From the NCBI GenBank assembly GCA_963737905.1, contig CAVTUQ010000013.1, forward strand, positions 1-64,000: 64,000 bases of DNA. The letters are read 5' to 3'. The notes beneath the pieces are model-generated. The model saw only the letters and a program-made list of their open reading frames with translations. It did not search any database and had not been told where the DNA came from. A program made the position numbers and the translations under genes. Source of the stretch: an uncultured delta proteobacterium. Its GTDB lineage: Bacteria > Desulfobacterota > Binatia > UBA9968. Below, piece by piece: positions 19,642 to 28,691 of this stretch; position 1 is the first letter of the stretch; the number at the start of each line of letters is the position of its first letter.

Positions 19642-20853
19642 TTACTGTCCGACGGCTTGCGCCTGAGTTGCGCGGCCATGAGCGTCAAGATCGGCAGCAG
19701 CGTCGAGCTGGAAAAATCGAATCGCATTGCCGGCCACCATGGCGTAGCCTTCCTCCTCTGTCACCTTGACAAACGTCTCGTTGATGACCTTCTGTGAATT
19801 CGGCCAATCACCGGTGGCATGAGCAAAATCGCTGCCCCACAGCAAGATGTCCACGCCGATCTCACGCCGGCATTTCACTCCCCACGGGTCACGCATGAAA
19901 CCCCACAGGCAGTTCTCTTTAAGATACTCGCTCGGGCGCTTCGCGGGAGCTTTGAAGCCGAAGTCGCGCTCGCCCCAGTAACGATTGCGCTCATGGTTGT
20001 CATCGATCTGGTCGAAGCTGTAGGGCAGCCAACCCGCCTGGCTCTCGGCCCAGTAAATTTTGAGGTCGGGGAAGCGATCGAAAACTCCCGCCATCGCCAT
20101 TTGCAAGGGAGCGAAGGGTTGCTCCCCGGCGAATCGGAACATCAACGACAGCGGGTCTCGATCGGCCTTCTCTCTCGGCATATGGGGATACTGGAAAATG
20201 GGTCCCTTAGTGCCCATACGTGTCGTTCCGCCAAAGGTATGCGAGCAGACCGGCACGTTCATCGCCAAAGCGGCTTCCCAAAACTTGTCATCTTCCGAGG
20301 TAACGTAAGATTTCCCGCTCGGAAACCGGTGCAGGTTGACTCCTTTGAGCCCGATCTTGAGGCAGTATTCCATCTCAGCGATGGCATCGTCCACTCCGGT
20401 ATCCGGAATGATTCCCATGGCAAGGAGGCGAACCGGATTGTAGGCGCAATATTCTTCGGCGAGCCATTCGTTGTAGGCGCGGATCATCGCCCGGTAGGCT
20501 TCATCGTCGGAAATACCATGCCAGTACACCGGATACGAACCGTGCGTAAACATGACTTCGGCGTCCACTCCGTCCTGGTCTTGTTCCCAGAGGCGTTGCT
20601 CCGGGCCGCCCGTGCCCGGCCCCTCGAACCAATATTTTTGCAGTCCGTGTTGCTCGTAGGGGATGCCGGTGATGGTCGTGGCCCCGGGGCTTCGGGGCGG
20701 ACGGTTTTCCACGATGATGGCCTCGTTGCCGTTGGCAAGAATCACCGTGCGGGGTGCGCGATCGCGCCAGCGCTGGGGCACACGAGGCGTCCAACGTTCT
20801 GGCCGGATGTCCAGGTGGGAATCAGCGGAAATGCACTTGTAGTGCCGCGGCAT
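19642..20853 (-). CDS. Amidohydrolase_2 family protein
   Basis: ISADSH, QDQDGVDAE, VFDRFPDLKIYWAE and WGSDFAH motifs. Confidence 0.88.
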   Translation of the reverse strand: MPRHYKCISADSHLDIRPERWTPRVPQRWRDRAPRTVILANGNEAIIVENRPPRSPGATTITGIPYEQHGLQKYWFEGPGTGGPEQRLWEQDQDGVDAEVMFTHGSYPVYWHGISDDEAYRAMIRAYNEWLAEEYCAYNPVRLLAMGIIPDTGVDDAIAEMEYCLKIGLKGVNLHRFPSGKSYVTSEDDKFWEAALAMNVPVCSHTFGGTTRMGTKGPIFQYPHMPREKADRDPLSLMFRFAGEQPFAPLQMAMAGVFDRFPDLKIYWAESQAGWLPYSFDQIDDNHERNRYWGERDFGFKAPAKRPSEYLKENCLWGFMRDPWGVKCRREIGVDILLWGSDFAHATGDWPNSQKVINETFVKVTEEEGYAMVAGNAIRFFQLDAAADLDAHGRATQAQAVGQ

Positions 20854-20883
20854 GACAGTTCCTCCCCCTCGTTCGCTCAACAC

Positions 20884-20946
20884 GTTCAACAGTTCAACGT
20901 TCCAGGTTCAAGGTATTGTCCCGATTCCACTTTGAACCTTGAACTC
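20884..20946. repeat. Intergenic GTTCAA / TTGAAC inverted short-period repeats
   Basis: gttcaacagttcaacgttccaggttcaagg ... tttgaaccttgaact. Confidence 0.6.
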
Positions 20947-20953
20947 TCATTGG

Positions 20954-22006
20954 CTACTTCTGTTCGCGGTAAAGCCGTATGGCCTGGAGCAATGGACGAT
21001 CGCTCACGGAGAACAAAATGGCGGGCTCCGCCGACGATCGGTTGCTGAAGCGGTGCCATTGCCAGGATGGAATGATAAAGCAATCCCGCTCGCCCCACCC
21101 AAAGTTCTCTTCGCCTCCCTTGTTCTTTCCGATCCCGACGACACCCGAACCGCGCACAACATGATAAATGGTGTTGCTGGTATGGCGATGGCTCTCGGTC
21201 TCTTCGCCGGGACGGAGCATCTGAATGCGGCAACCGAGAGTCTCGGTCGTCGGTCCGCCGGTCAATGGATTGGTATAATCTAGCATCACGCCATCGTAAG
21301 GATCTGCCTGCCCCGCCTCGGCAAGAGCTTCAAGCGTGGCGACAGTCTCTCGCCAGCGGTACTTAACCGGAAATGGACCGGTGCCTTCCAAAGCAACGGT
21401 AGACCGAAGAGAACCCATCCGTGTCATGTAATAGCCGTCCGGTTTTGTGAAAGGCTGCACGGTTCCCTCGGGATACTTCTCGCGAAAGTACGCCTCAACG
21501 AATTCATTAAGCGGGGTATCCATTGACGTCAACCATAAAGCAGGCTCTGTCCCGGTATTCTGGGTGCCGTGCCATGTCCAGCTCGGCTGGATCAAGAGAT
21601 CGCCCGGATCCATGAATTGCTGCTCGCCTTCCGCCGTCGTGAAGGTGCCCTTGCCCTGGATCACGAAATAAAGTGAAGCGGAAGTGTGGCGGTGGGATTC
21701 CGTGATCTCTCCCGGATTGAGGTGTTGGATCGTGACTCCGAAAGTTTTCGCCGTCCCTACCGCAACGGGCTGGGATGGATTGACCAGACGGACGGTCCGC
21801 ATCCGCATGAAATCATCGATGGGAACAATCTCACCGGCTTCGAGTAAACTCGGCAGAAGATCATCCCAACGCCACACCCATGGCCGAACTTCTTGCTTTT
21901 TTTCCTTCGCTTCCTTTTGCCAAGCGCCTCTTAGTGATGCGCCTTTAACCTTGGCGTCAAGAGTTTCCAATCGTTGTTGAAGGTCGGAAGATTCCGCCTT
22001 TGCCAT
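20954..22006 (-). CDS. Bicupin dioxygenase, gentisate 1,2-dioxygenase family (divergent active site)
   Basis: QHLNPGEITESHRHT, WTWHGT, DPYDGVMLDYTNP and a second HRHT..WHRF. Confidence 0.85.
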   Translation of the reverse strand: MAKAESSDLQQRLETLDAKVKGASLRGAWQKEAKEKKQEVRPWVWRWDDLLPSLLEAGEIVPIDDFMRMRTVRLVNPSQPVAVGTAKTFGVTIQHLNPGEITESHRHTSASLYFVIQGKGTFTTAEGEQQFMDPGDLLIQPSWTWHGTQNTGTEPALWLTSMDTPLNEFVEAYFREKYPEGTVQPFTKPDGYYMTRMGSLRSTVALEGTGPFPVKYRWRETVATLEALAEAGQADPYDGVMLDYTNPLTGGPTTETLGCRIQMLRPGEETESHRHTSNTIYHVVRGSGVVGIGKNKGGEENFGWGERDCFIIPSWQWHRFSNRSSAEPAILFSVSDRPLLQAIRLYREQK

Positions 22007-22122
22007 GGTTTCCTCCTAATCGCGAGCCGTTTCGTTTCTGCTCCCAAGGTCTCGAGTTCCCGATTAACAACAAACCTCAAAACTCGAAACTCTCTTCAAG
22101 CTAGATTTCACCTACACCCGCG

Positions 22123-22146
22123 TTGCCAATATTGTCAATATTGTCA
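22123..22146. promoter_or_regulatory. Candidate operator (TTGYCAATA direct repeats) overlapping a minus-strand TTGACA
   Basis: TTGCCAATA-TTGTCAATA-TTGTCA about 120 bp upstream of the cupin operon. Confidence 0.45.
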
Positions 22147-22189
22147 TCTTCCGTTTTCTGAAAGCCTGTCTTTGGCAAGCTGCAGCGGA

Positions 22190-22345
22190 GGATCTCGCCT
22201 GATTTAGCATCGTCAGGGTGGCGATACCGGCAATGTAGATATCGGGGATGAATTTTTCGCCGCGCCGTTCGGTCATGATTCTCCGCATGAACTGCGTCCC
22301 CCCTACCGCTCACCGTAGTGGCCTTGATTTCAAGGTAAGCTTCCT
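22190..22345 (-). pseudogene. Internal fragment of an ABC substrate-binding protein gene
   Basis: Manual translation across one frameshift gives YLEIKATTVSGRG/TQFMRRIMTERRGEKFIPDIYIAG, parallel to YPFIKPELFRGGG..RILNEARGG..WDV of the SBP at 49548. Confidence 0.55.
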
Positions 22346-22495
22346 GATCTTACCAGCCACGGTTGCCGTGCAGTCGAACAGCTCATCCGGCGTAGACAAT
22401 GGATGAAAAATGTTTTAACCCATAGATAAGAAGATCGGCGCTCTTCATGGATAAGGCGTCGAGCTTTTCCTTTAGAGTGACCGAAGGCATTCATC

Positions 22496-23647
22496 ATGTC
22501 GGATCGTGTCGCCATCATCGGAATCGGATTTACCTCGATCCAACCAACAACGCCGCAGCGATCATTTAAAGAACTTTCTTTTGAAGCGGCCCAAAAGGCT
22601 TATCTCGATGCCGGGGTTAGTTTCAACGAGATCGAGTCGTTTGTCACATGCGCTGAGGATCTCAATGAGGGCATTTCGATTTTCGACGAGTACACTCCCG
22701 ATCAACTCGGCGCCGTGCAAAAGCCGATGCACACCCTCACCCAAGACGGGCTCTATGGCATTGCCGACGCGCTGATGCAAATCCGCGCCGGCATCGCCGA
22801 ACTGGTTGCCGTCGAAGCGCACAGCAAGGCTTCCAATATCTTAACGCCCGATTGGGTCCTCGACTATGCATTAGACCCAATCTACAACCGGCCGCTGGGT
22901 TTCAATCCCCACGCCCTCGCCGGCCTCGAAATGAACCTCTTTTTGCACCAAACCGGCATCAGCCCGGCACAGTGTGCACAGGTGGTAGCCAAAAATCGTC
23001 GTAATGCGCTGCGCAATCCTGTTGCCGCCTATCCCCTAGAGCTGAATTCGACTTATGTAGAATCGTCGCCTTATTTCGCCTATCCACTGCGCGAAGCAGA
23101 GATGGCCAAAACCGCCGACGGCTGCGTGGTTGTAGTGTTAGCAAGCGAGTCGAGGGCCAGCAGAGCTCGTTCAAAGCCCGTCTGGGTCCTGGGTGCGGGC
23201 TTTGCCAATGACAGCCCAACTCTTGAGTCGCGCGACTGGGGCAAGGCGGAATACGCCCGCATCGCCGCTGATATGGCCTTGCGGCAGGCTGGCATCTCGA
23301 ATGCGAAAGAGATCGACATGTTTGAGGTCGACGACACCTACGCTTACAAGGAAATGCAACATTTGATTGCTCTGGGACTCTACGATGAACCCAAGGAAGC
23401 TGGGAAAGCGCTCGAATCGGGAGAGACCAGGCTAGATGGCAAGATGCCGGTTAACGTTTCCGGAGGCAATTTGGGCATGGGCGATCTGTTGGAAGCCAGC
23501 GGACTCTACCGCATCGCCGAAATCGTTCTCCAGCTGCGCCAGCAAGCAGGACCACGCCAGCTATCAAAGGCAAGGATTGGGCTGGCACAGTCTTGGCGCG
23601 GCATACCGACTACAAGTGGCGCGGTGATCATCCTGGGTTCGGAGTGA
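22496..23647 (+). CDS. Thiolase-fold protein lacking the catalytic Cys (Ltp4-like subunit)
   Basis: SCP-x-type thiolase fold (KNRRNA..NP, DGCVVVVL, NVSGG); TQDG in place of CxS and GDLL in place of GHP. Confidence 0.75.
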   Translation: MSDRVAIIGIGFTSIQPTTPQRSFKELSFEAAQKAYLDAGVSFNEIESFVTCAEDLNEGISIFDEYTPDQLGAVQKPMHTLTQDGLYGIADALMQIRAGIAELVAVEAHSKASNILTPDWVLDYALDPIYNRPLGFNPHALAGLEMNLFLHQTGISPAQCAQVVAKNRRNALRNPVAAYPLELNSTYVESSPYFAYPLREAEMAKTADGCVVVVLASESRASRARSKPVWVLGAGFANDSPTLESRDWGKAEYARIAADMALRQAGISNAKEIDMFEVDDTYAYKEMQHLIALGLYDEPKEAGKALESGETRLDGKMPVNVSGGNLGMGDLLEASGLYRIAEIVLQLRQQAGPRQLSKARIGLAQSWRGIPTTSGAVIILGSE

Positions 23648-23651
23648 AACC

Positions 23652-24827
23652 ATGGCTTTACGAAAAGTTGCCGTCGTCGGCGCGGGAATGACAAAGTTTA
23701 TGCGCCGGGCCCTGGAGACTCCCAAGGAGCTCGCGTGGCTTGCCGCGAAAGCCGCTTTGGACTCGGCTGAGATGAAACTCGACCAGATCGACAGCGTCGT
23801 GTCAGGCAGCGCTCCCGATGCCTTCGACGGCGTTCATATGAAGGGAGAATATTTGTCGGACGGCTCGGGTGGGTGGAAAAAACCGTTCCTGCGCTGCTAT
23901 GTGGGCGGCGGCACTGGTGTCTATGCGGTGGCTCAAGCCTGGTTTCATATCGCCTCAGGCCTCTTCGACACCGCGCTCGTGGTCTGCGAAGAAAAAATGT
24001 CAAGCTGCAACCCCCATCCGCAAGCAGCTTTTATAACCATCTTCGATCCCATCACCGAGCAGCCGTTGGGACCGAACTTGCTGTGGATTTTTGCCCTTGA
24101 GCAAACCCGGTACATGGAGACCTACGGCATTCCTCTCGAAGCAATCGCACGCGTGTCCGTCAAGAACAAGCGCAACGCTTTGAATCATCCCGCCGCGCAG
24201 CTCGGCGCCGAGCTTTCGGTACAGGATGTGCTGGCATCGGAGGTGATGGCCTGGCCCGTGCACCGTCTTATGGTCAGCCCGACAAGTGACGGCGCGGCCG
24301 CCATCGTCTTGGCTGCGGAAGATAGGGCACGTCCGATCACGAACAATCCGGTGTGGGTTCAGGGAGTCGGTTGGTGTTTGGATACCGCTTATTGGACCAA
24401 CCGTGAGCTCGCCTATCCTGACTACGTGGAGAAGGCGGCTTGGATGGCCTACCGAATGGCGGGGATCAACGAGCCGCGCAAAGAAATTCATATCGCCGAG
24501 CCCTATGACCCGTTCGCCTACAAGGAGCTCCATCATCTCGAAGGATTGCAGCTCGCGCCGAAGGGGCAAGCGCCGCAGCTCTTGGCCGACGGGGTATTTA
24601 ACCGCGACGGCAATTTGCCGGTCACGCCCTCCGGCGGATTGCTCGGCGTCGGCAATCCGATCGCGGCGGCCGGGATGATGAAGATTTGCGAGTTATTTTG
24701 GCAGCTCCGGGGCGAAGCCGGCGCGCGACAAGTGCCGGGCAAACCCGAGCGTGGTGTCGCGCAGGCGTGGGGCGATCTTATGCAAGTGGGCACCGTCGTT
24801 GTCATGGGAACAAAGGAGCCGGCATGA
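23652..24827 (+). CDS. Thiolase-fold protein lacking the catalytic Cys (Ltp3-like subunit)
   Basis: GSAPDAFDGV, VGGGTG, EPYDPF and SGGLLGVGNPIAAAG; resembles actinobacterial Ltp3. Confidence 0.8.
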   Translation: MALRKVAVVGAGMTKFMRRALETPKELAWLAAKAALDSAEMKLDQIDSVVSGSAPDAFDGVHMKGEYLSDGSGGWKKPFLRCYVGGGTGVYAVAQAWFHIASGLFDTALVVCEEKMSSCNPHPQAAFITIFDPITEQPLGPNLLWIFALEQTRYMETYGIPLEAIARVSVKNKRNALNHPAAQLGAELSVQDVLASEVMAWPVHRLMVSPTSDGAAAIVLAAEDRARPITNNPVWVQGVGWCLDTAYWTNRELAYPDYVEKAAWMAYRMAGINEPRKEIHIAEPYDPFAYKELHHLEGLQLAPKGQAPQLLADGVFNRDGNLPVTPSGGLLGVGNPIAAAGMMKICELFWQLRGEAGARQVPGKPERGVAQAWGDLMQVGTVVVMGTKEPA

Positions 24828-25351
24828 AAACAGAGCCCGCGACAGTTCCGGGAACGCCGCTCGATGTGAAAGACATGAAGCGGGGAAAGTTCTTCACCGT
24901 GGATTATGCGCCTCAACTTCACTATGCCTGGGACACGGGCGAAGCCAGCGCGCGCTACCTGGCTGCTTTTAAGGAAGGACACCTCATCGCCCGTCGCTGC
25001 CGTAGCTGCGAGCGTGTCATGATCCCGCCGCGAATGTTCTGCGAGCGCTGCTTTCGTCCCACCGACGAATGGGTTTACGTCAAAAACACCGGTAAGATCC
25101 TCACCTTCTCGCTTTGTTATGTCAGTTGGAACGTCACGCGGCTCAAACAGCCGGACATCCCCGCGGTCATTGCGGTCGACGGCGCTTCCGACGGCATGGG
25201 AATCCTGCATATCGTCAAGAAAGTTGCGCCGGAAAAAGTTTACGTCGGTATGGCTGTGCGCGCGGTCTGGAAGTCCAGGGCCGAGCGCACCGGCAGCGTC
25301 ACTGACATCGCACACTGGGAGCCGATCAAGAGATCCGGAAAACGGCCATGA
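24824..25351 (+). CDS. DUF35 Zn-ribbon/OB-fold protein
   Basis: RCRSCERVMIPPRMFCERC and GMAVRAVW; ATGA overlap with the upstream gene. Confidence 0.9.
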   Translation: MKTEPATVPGTPLDVKDMKRGKFFTVDYAPQLHYAWDTGEASARYLAAFKEGHLIARRCRSCERVMIPPRMFCERCFRPTDEWVYVKNTGKILTFSLCYVSWNVTRLKQPDIPAVIAVDGASDGMGILHIVKKVAPEKVYVGMAVRAVWKSRAERTGSVTDIAHWEPIKRSGKRP

Positions 25352-25821
25352 CGAAGTTAACGGGAAAATCAGAAACCTCTGTTTGGCGCGGCAAAATTCC
25401 TCTTCGGTCGAATTACACGGCGGGCCGAGGCGGGCAGATTTTTTTAACCGCGCTGAAGCAGCGGGGCAAATTGATCGGCACCCGCTGTCCTCAATGCGAT
25501 CAAGTCTACTTTCCCGCGCGCTCATTCTGCGAACGTTGTTTTAGCCAATTGAGCGAGCAGGTAGAAGTTCCGCGCGCCGGGCGGCTGGTGAGCTACACGT
25601 TATGTTTCGTCGACCGCGATCGCGCGCGCTTGCTGAAGCCAGTCGTATTGGCGCTGGTGCAACTGGAAGGAGCCACGACGGTTTTTCTCCACCGCCTCCT
25701 GGGTGTGGACGACCCGATCGAGATAAAGATCGGGAGCCAAGTGGAGATAGTCGTCAAACCTAAAAGCAAACGTGTCGGCTCGATTCTCGATATCGAAGGC
25801 TTTCGCATCGTCAAGCACTGA
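25348..25821 (+). CDS. DUF35 Zn-ribbon/OB-fold protein
   Basis: RCPQCDQVYFPARSFCERC and RVGSILDI; ATGA overlap. Confidence 0.9.
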   Translation: MTKLTGKSETSVWRGKIPLRSNYTAGRGGQIFLTALKQRGKLIGTRCPQCDQVYFPARSFCERCFSQLSEQVEVPRAGRLVSYTLCFVDRDRARLLKPVVLALVQLEGATTVFLHRLLGVDDPIEIKIGSQVEIVVKPKSKRVGSILDIEGFRIVKH

Positions 25822-25909
25822 GACCCTCGCGAGCGATCCTTTGTTGCCGACTTCGGTGCGCGATTGGGATAAGTTCGCGATAGATTTTTCGTCGCAGGGT
25901 CACCGGGTC

Positions 25910-26875
25910 TTAGAAACCCATTTTTTCGAGGATTTTTTCCGCAGCGGTGTAGGGGTCTGAATGTCTTTCGGCAATCTGCCGCGCCCAGTGTTCAAGCTCG
26001 GGCTTCTCGATCCTGTTTTTCATTTGAGCCATGAGGGCATCCAGGACCAACCCTTCCAGTTGGCTCCGCGAGACTTCCAATATTTTCTGTTTATGATTGC
26101 CGCTTGCCATGAGCTCCGCCCGGTGCGCTTCGATTCCATCGATGAGCGCTGCGATTCCTTCGTTATGGATTGCGGAGACTTTTAATATCGGCACACCGAC
26201 ATCATCCGGCAGATCTCTCAGTTGCAAAAATAGCGCGTCAGCCCCGGATAAATCAGCCTTATTAACGACCAGCAAATCAGCGATTTCAAAGATACCGGCC
26301 TTCATCGCCTGAACCTCATCGCCACTCTCGGGCGTAATGATCACCACGACCGTATGAGCGATGCGGGAAACCTCGACTTGGTCCTGACCGATGCCGATCG
26401 TCTCAATCAGAACGCAATCTTTACCCATCGCATCGAGCAGTTGGACCGCCTCATCAATGCAACTCGAAAGACCACCTTGCCCCCCCCTTGTCGCCAAGCT
26501 CCGAATAAAAACCCCTCGATCTAAGAAATGATCCCGCATTCGGATCCGATCGCCTAACAGCGCGCCTCCCGAAAAGGGGCTACTGGGGTCCACGGTGAGA
26601 ACGCCTACTTCCTTTTTCCGGCGACGCAGTTCAGCCGTCAGGCACCCGATCAACGTGCTCTTTCCTGATCCAGCAGCGCCGGTGATCCCGACAATGTGCG
26701 CACGACCCGTCCGGGAATAGAGCTGTTTCATTACTTCTTTGGCCAACGGGTTCCCGCTTTCGATAAGACTGAGCGCCCGCCCGCCGGCACGTGGGTCTCC
26801 CTTCAAAACCGCCGCGGCGAGTGCGGTGACTGCGGGCTGGCGAGACTTGGTCGGTTTACGTCGCGGCTTTGACAT
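25910..26875 (-). CDS. meaB: B12-mutase-associated GTPase MeaB/ArgK
   Basis: [41 protein letters not shown] and NKAD motifs. Confidence 0.95.
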   Translation of the reverse strand: MSKPRRKPTKSRQPAVTALAAAVLKGDPRAGGRALSLIESGNPLAKEVMKQLYSRTGRAHIVGITGAAGSGKSTLIGCLTAELRRRKKEVGVLTVDPSSPFSGGALLGDRIRMRDHFLDRGVFIRSLATRGGQGGLSSCIDEAVQLLDAMGKDCVLIETIGIGQDQVEVSRIAHTVVVIITPESGDEVQAMKAGIFEIADLLVVNKADLSGADALFLQLRDLPDDVGVPILKVSAIHNEGIAALIDGIEAHRAELMASGNHKQKILEVSRSQLEGLVLDALMAQMKNRIEKPELEHWARQIAERHSDPYTAAEKILEKMGF

Positions 26876-28019
26876 CGACTTGCTGCAGCAGTTCCTTCGC
26901 AATAATCATCCTTTGAATCTCCGACGTGCCCTCGCCAATTTCACAAAGTTTGGCGTCACGAAAATAACGTTCCACTGGACAGCCTTTCATATAGCCGGCA
27001 CCGCCATGAATCTGAATGGCTTGGTTCGCCGCCTTGTTCGCGATTTCCGAAGCAAAAAGTTTGGCCTCTGAAGCAAGCCGCTTAAACGGTAGACCCCCTT
27101 GCTTGAGCTCCGCGGCTCGATAGACCAGGAGTCTTGCGGCATCGACGTCGGTGGCCATATCCGCAAGTTTCCATTGGATCGCCTCGAACTCGGCGATCGC
27201 TTTGCCAAACTGACGCCGCTGTTTGGCATAGCCAAGCGACTGTTCCATTGCGGCCCGGGCGATTCCGACAGCCAGTGCGCCGATCCCGATCCGGCCGCCG
27301 TCGAGGATTTTCAGAGTATGATCATAACCCCGGTTTAGCTCACCCAGCAGATTTTCCTTCGGCAGCTGGAGATTTTCCAAGCGCAATTGGGCGGTATCCG
27401 AAGCCCGGACGCCCAGCTTGTTTTCTATCCGCCCGACTTCCAGGCCATTCCGCTCGCGCTCGACGATGAACGCCGAGATTCCTTCTCGACCTCGGGAGGG
27501 TTCCGTCGCTGCCATGACTACGTAAGTCCCTGCCGTCGATCCCTGAGTAATGAAGATCTTCTCCCCGTTAACGACCCACCGATCACCGTTGAGAGTAGCC
27601 CGGCTTTTGAGCCACTGGGCTCCCGATCCCGCCTCGGGCTCGGTAAGCGCCCACGCGCCGAGCTTTTCGCCACGCGCCAGCGGCGGCAAGAATTTCTGTT
27701 TTTGCGCTTCATTTCCGCAAGCGGCGATATGGCCGACGCAGAGAGAATTATGCGAGGCCACGAGCAAAGCGACCGCTGCATCCACCGCAGAGATTTCTTC
27801 GATAATAATGGCGAGACTCAGCGCATCGAGGCCGGCTCCGCCGTAATCTTCCGAAACCATGATGCCAAATAGCCCAAGCTCCGCCATCTTTGGAATCAGC
27901 TCGGTGGGAAACTGTCTCGACTCATCACGTTCGGCCGCCCCGACGGCGATCTCGCGCCGAGCAAATTCCCGCACCGTTTGCTGCAGCGCTTTTTGTTCTT
28001 CGCTCAACTCGAAGTTCAT
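26856..28019 (-). CDS. Acyl-CoA dehydrogenase
   Basis: [30 protein letters not shown] and [17 protein letters not shown] motifs. Confidence 0.95.
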   Translation of the reverse strand: MNFELSEEQKALQQTVREFARREIAVGAAERDESRQFPTELIPKMAELGLFGIMVSEDYGGAGLDALSLAIIIEEISAVDAAVALLVASHNSLCVGHIAACGNEAQKQKFLPPLARGEKLGAWALTEPEAGSGAQWLKSRATLNGDRWVVNGEKIFITQGSTAGTYVVMAATEPSRGREGISAFIVERERNGLEVGRIENKLGVRASDTAQLRLENLQLPKENLLGELNRGYDHTLKILDGGRIGIGALAVGIARAAMEQSLGYAKQRRQFGKAIAEFEAIQWKLADMATDVDAARLLVYRAAELKQGGLPFKRLASEAKLFASEIANKAANQAIQIHGGAGYMKGCPVERYFRDAKLCEIGEGTSEIQRMIIAKELLQQVDVKAAT

Positions 28020-28112
28020 CGAACTTGCCCGCCTCTCCCGCGCCCAGGCGGCGTCCTCTTAGCCTGGATAATTCACGATCAAGGAAGGAACCCTCCGGAT
28101 CAGAGTTCCATC

Positions 28113-28177
28113 CGTTCAAATAGTTCAAATCGTTCCAAACGTTTTGAACTGTTTGAACAGCTTGAACGTTTTGAACC
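28113..28177. repeat. Palindromic 9-mer repeat cluster
   Basis: cgttcaaat-agttcaaat-cgttccaaa / ttgaactgt-ttgaacagc-ttgaacgtt-ttgaacc. Confidence 0.8.
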
Positions 28178-28191
28178 AACTCAACGGAGGC

Positions 28192-28602
28192 CTAGCCTCG
28201 CCTAGGAATCGTTTTCACGAACTGGATGATTTCGTCCATAGAGGCGCCCGGAGCGAAAATTTTCTTAACCCCCAGCTTTCTGAGACTGGCGACGTCGCCG
28301 GCCGGGACAATACCACCGCCGAAGACGACCACATCGGTCGCTTTGTTTCTCTTGAGGAGCTTCATGACCTGCTTGAAAAGCGTGAGATGCGCCGCGGAGT
28401 GAATCGAGAGACCAATGGCGTCTACATCTTCCTGCACGGTGGCACTAACGATCTCTTCAGGGGTGTTGTGAATGCCGAGATAGATCACCTCCACGCCGGC
28501 ATCACGGAGAGCGCGCGCCACGATTTTGACGCCGCGATCGTGCCCGTCCAGTCCCACCTTGGCGATGAGCACGCGCAGCCGATGATTTCCCGTAACGGCC
28601 AT
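28192..28602 (-). CDS. icmB: Acyl-CoA mutase small (cobalamin-binding) subunit
   Basis: GLDGHDRG (DxHxxG), IGLS and FGGGIVP motifs. Confidence 0.88.
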   Translation of the reverse strand: MAVTGNHRLRVLIAKVGLDGHDRGVKIVARALRDAGVEVIYLGIHNTPEEIVSATVQEDVDAIGLSIHSAAHLTLFKQVMKLLKRNKATDVVVFGGGIVPAGDVASLRKLGVKKIFAPGASMDEIIQFVKTIPRRG

Positions 28603-28691
28603 CCCTGGATTCTCTAGAATATTGGAGTGACGGTGTACGACCCTGCGTCATCCGATCAGGGCCCATCACTCCACCAGTCTATCTATTCTTC

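Noticed and set aside
28113-28177. CRISPR array
   Set aside because: 9 bp period without unique spacers; no cas genes or 25-40 bp repeats seen in the window.
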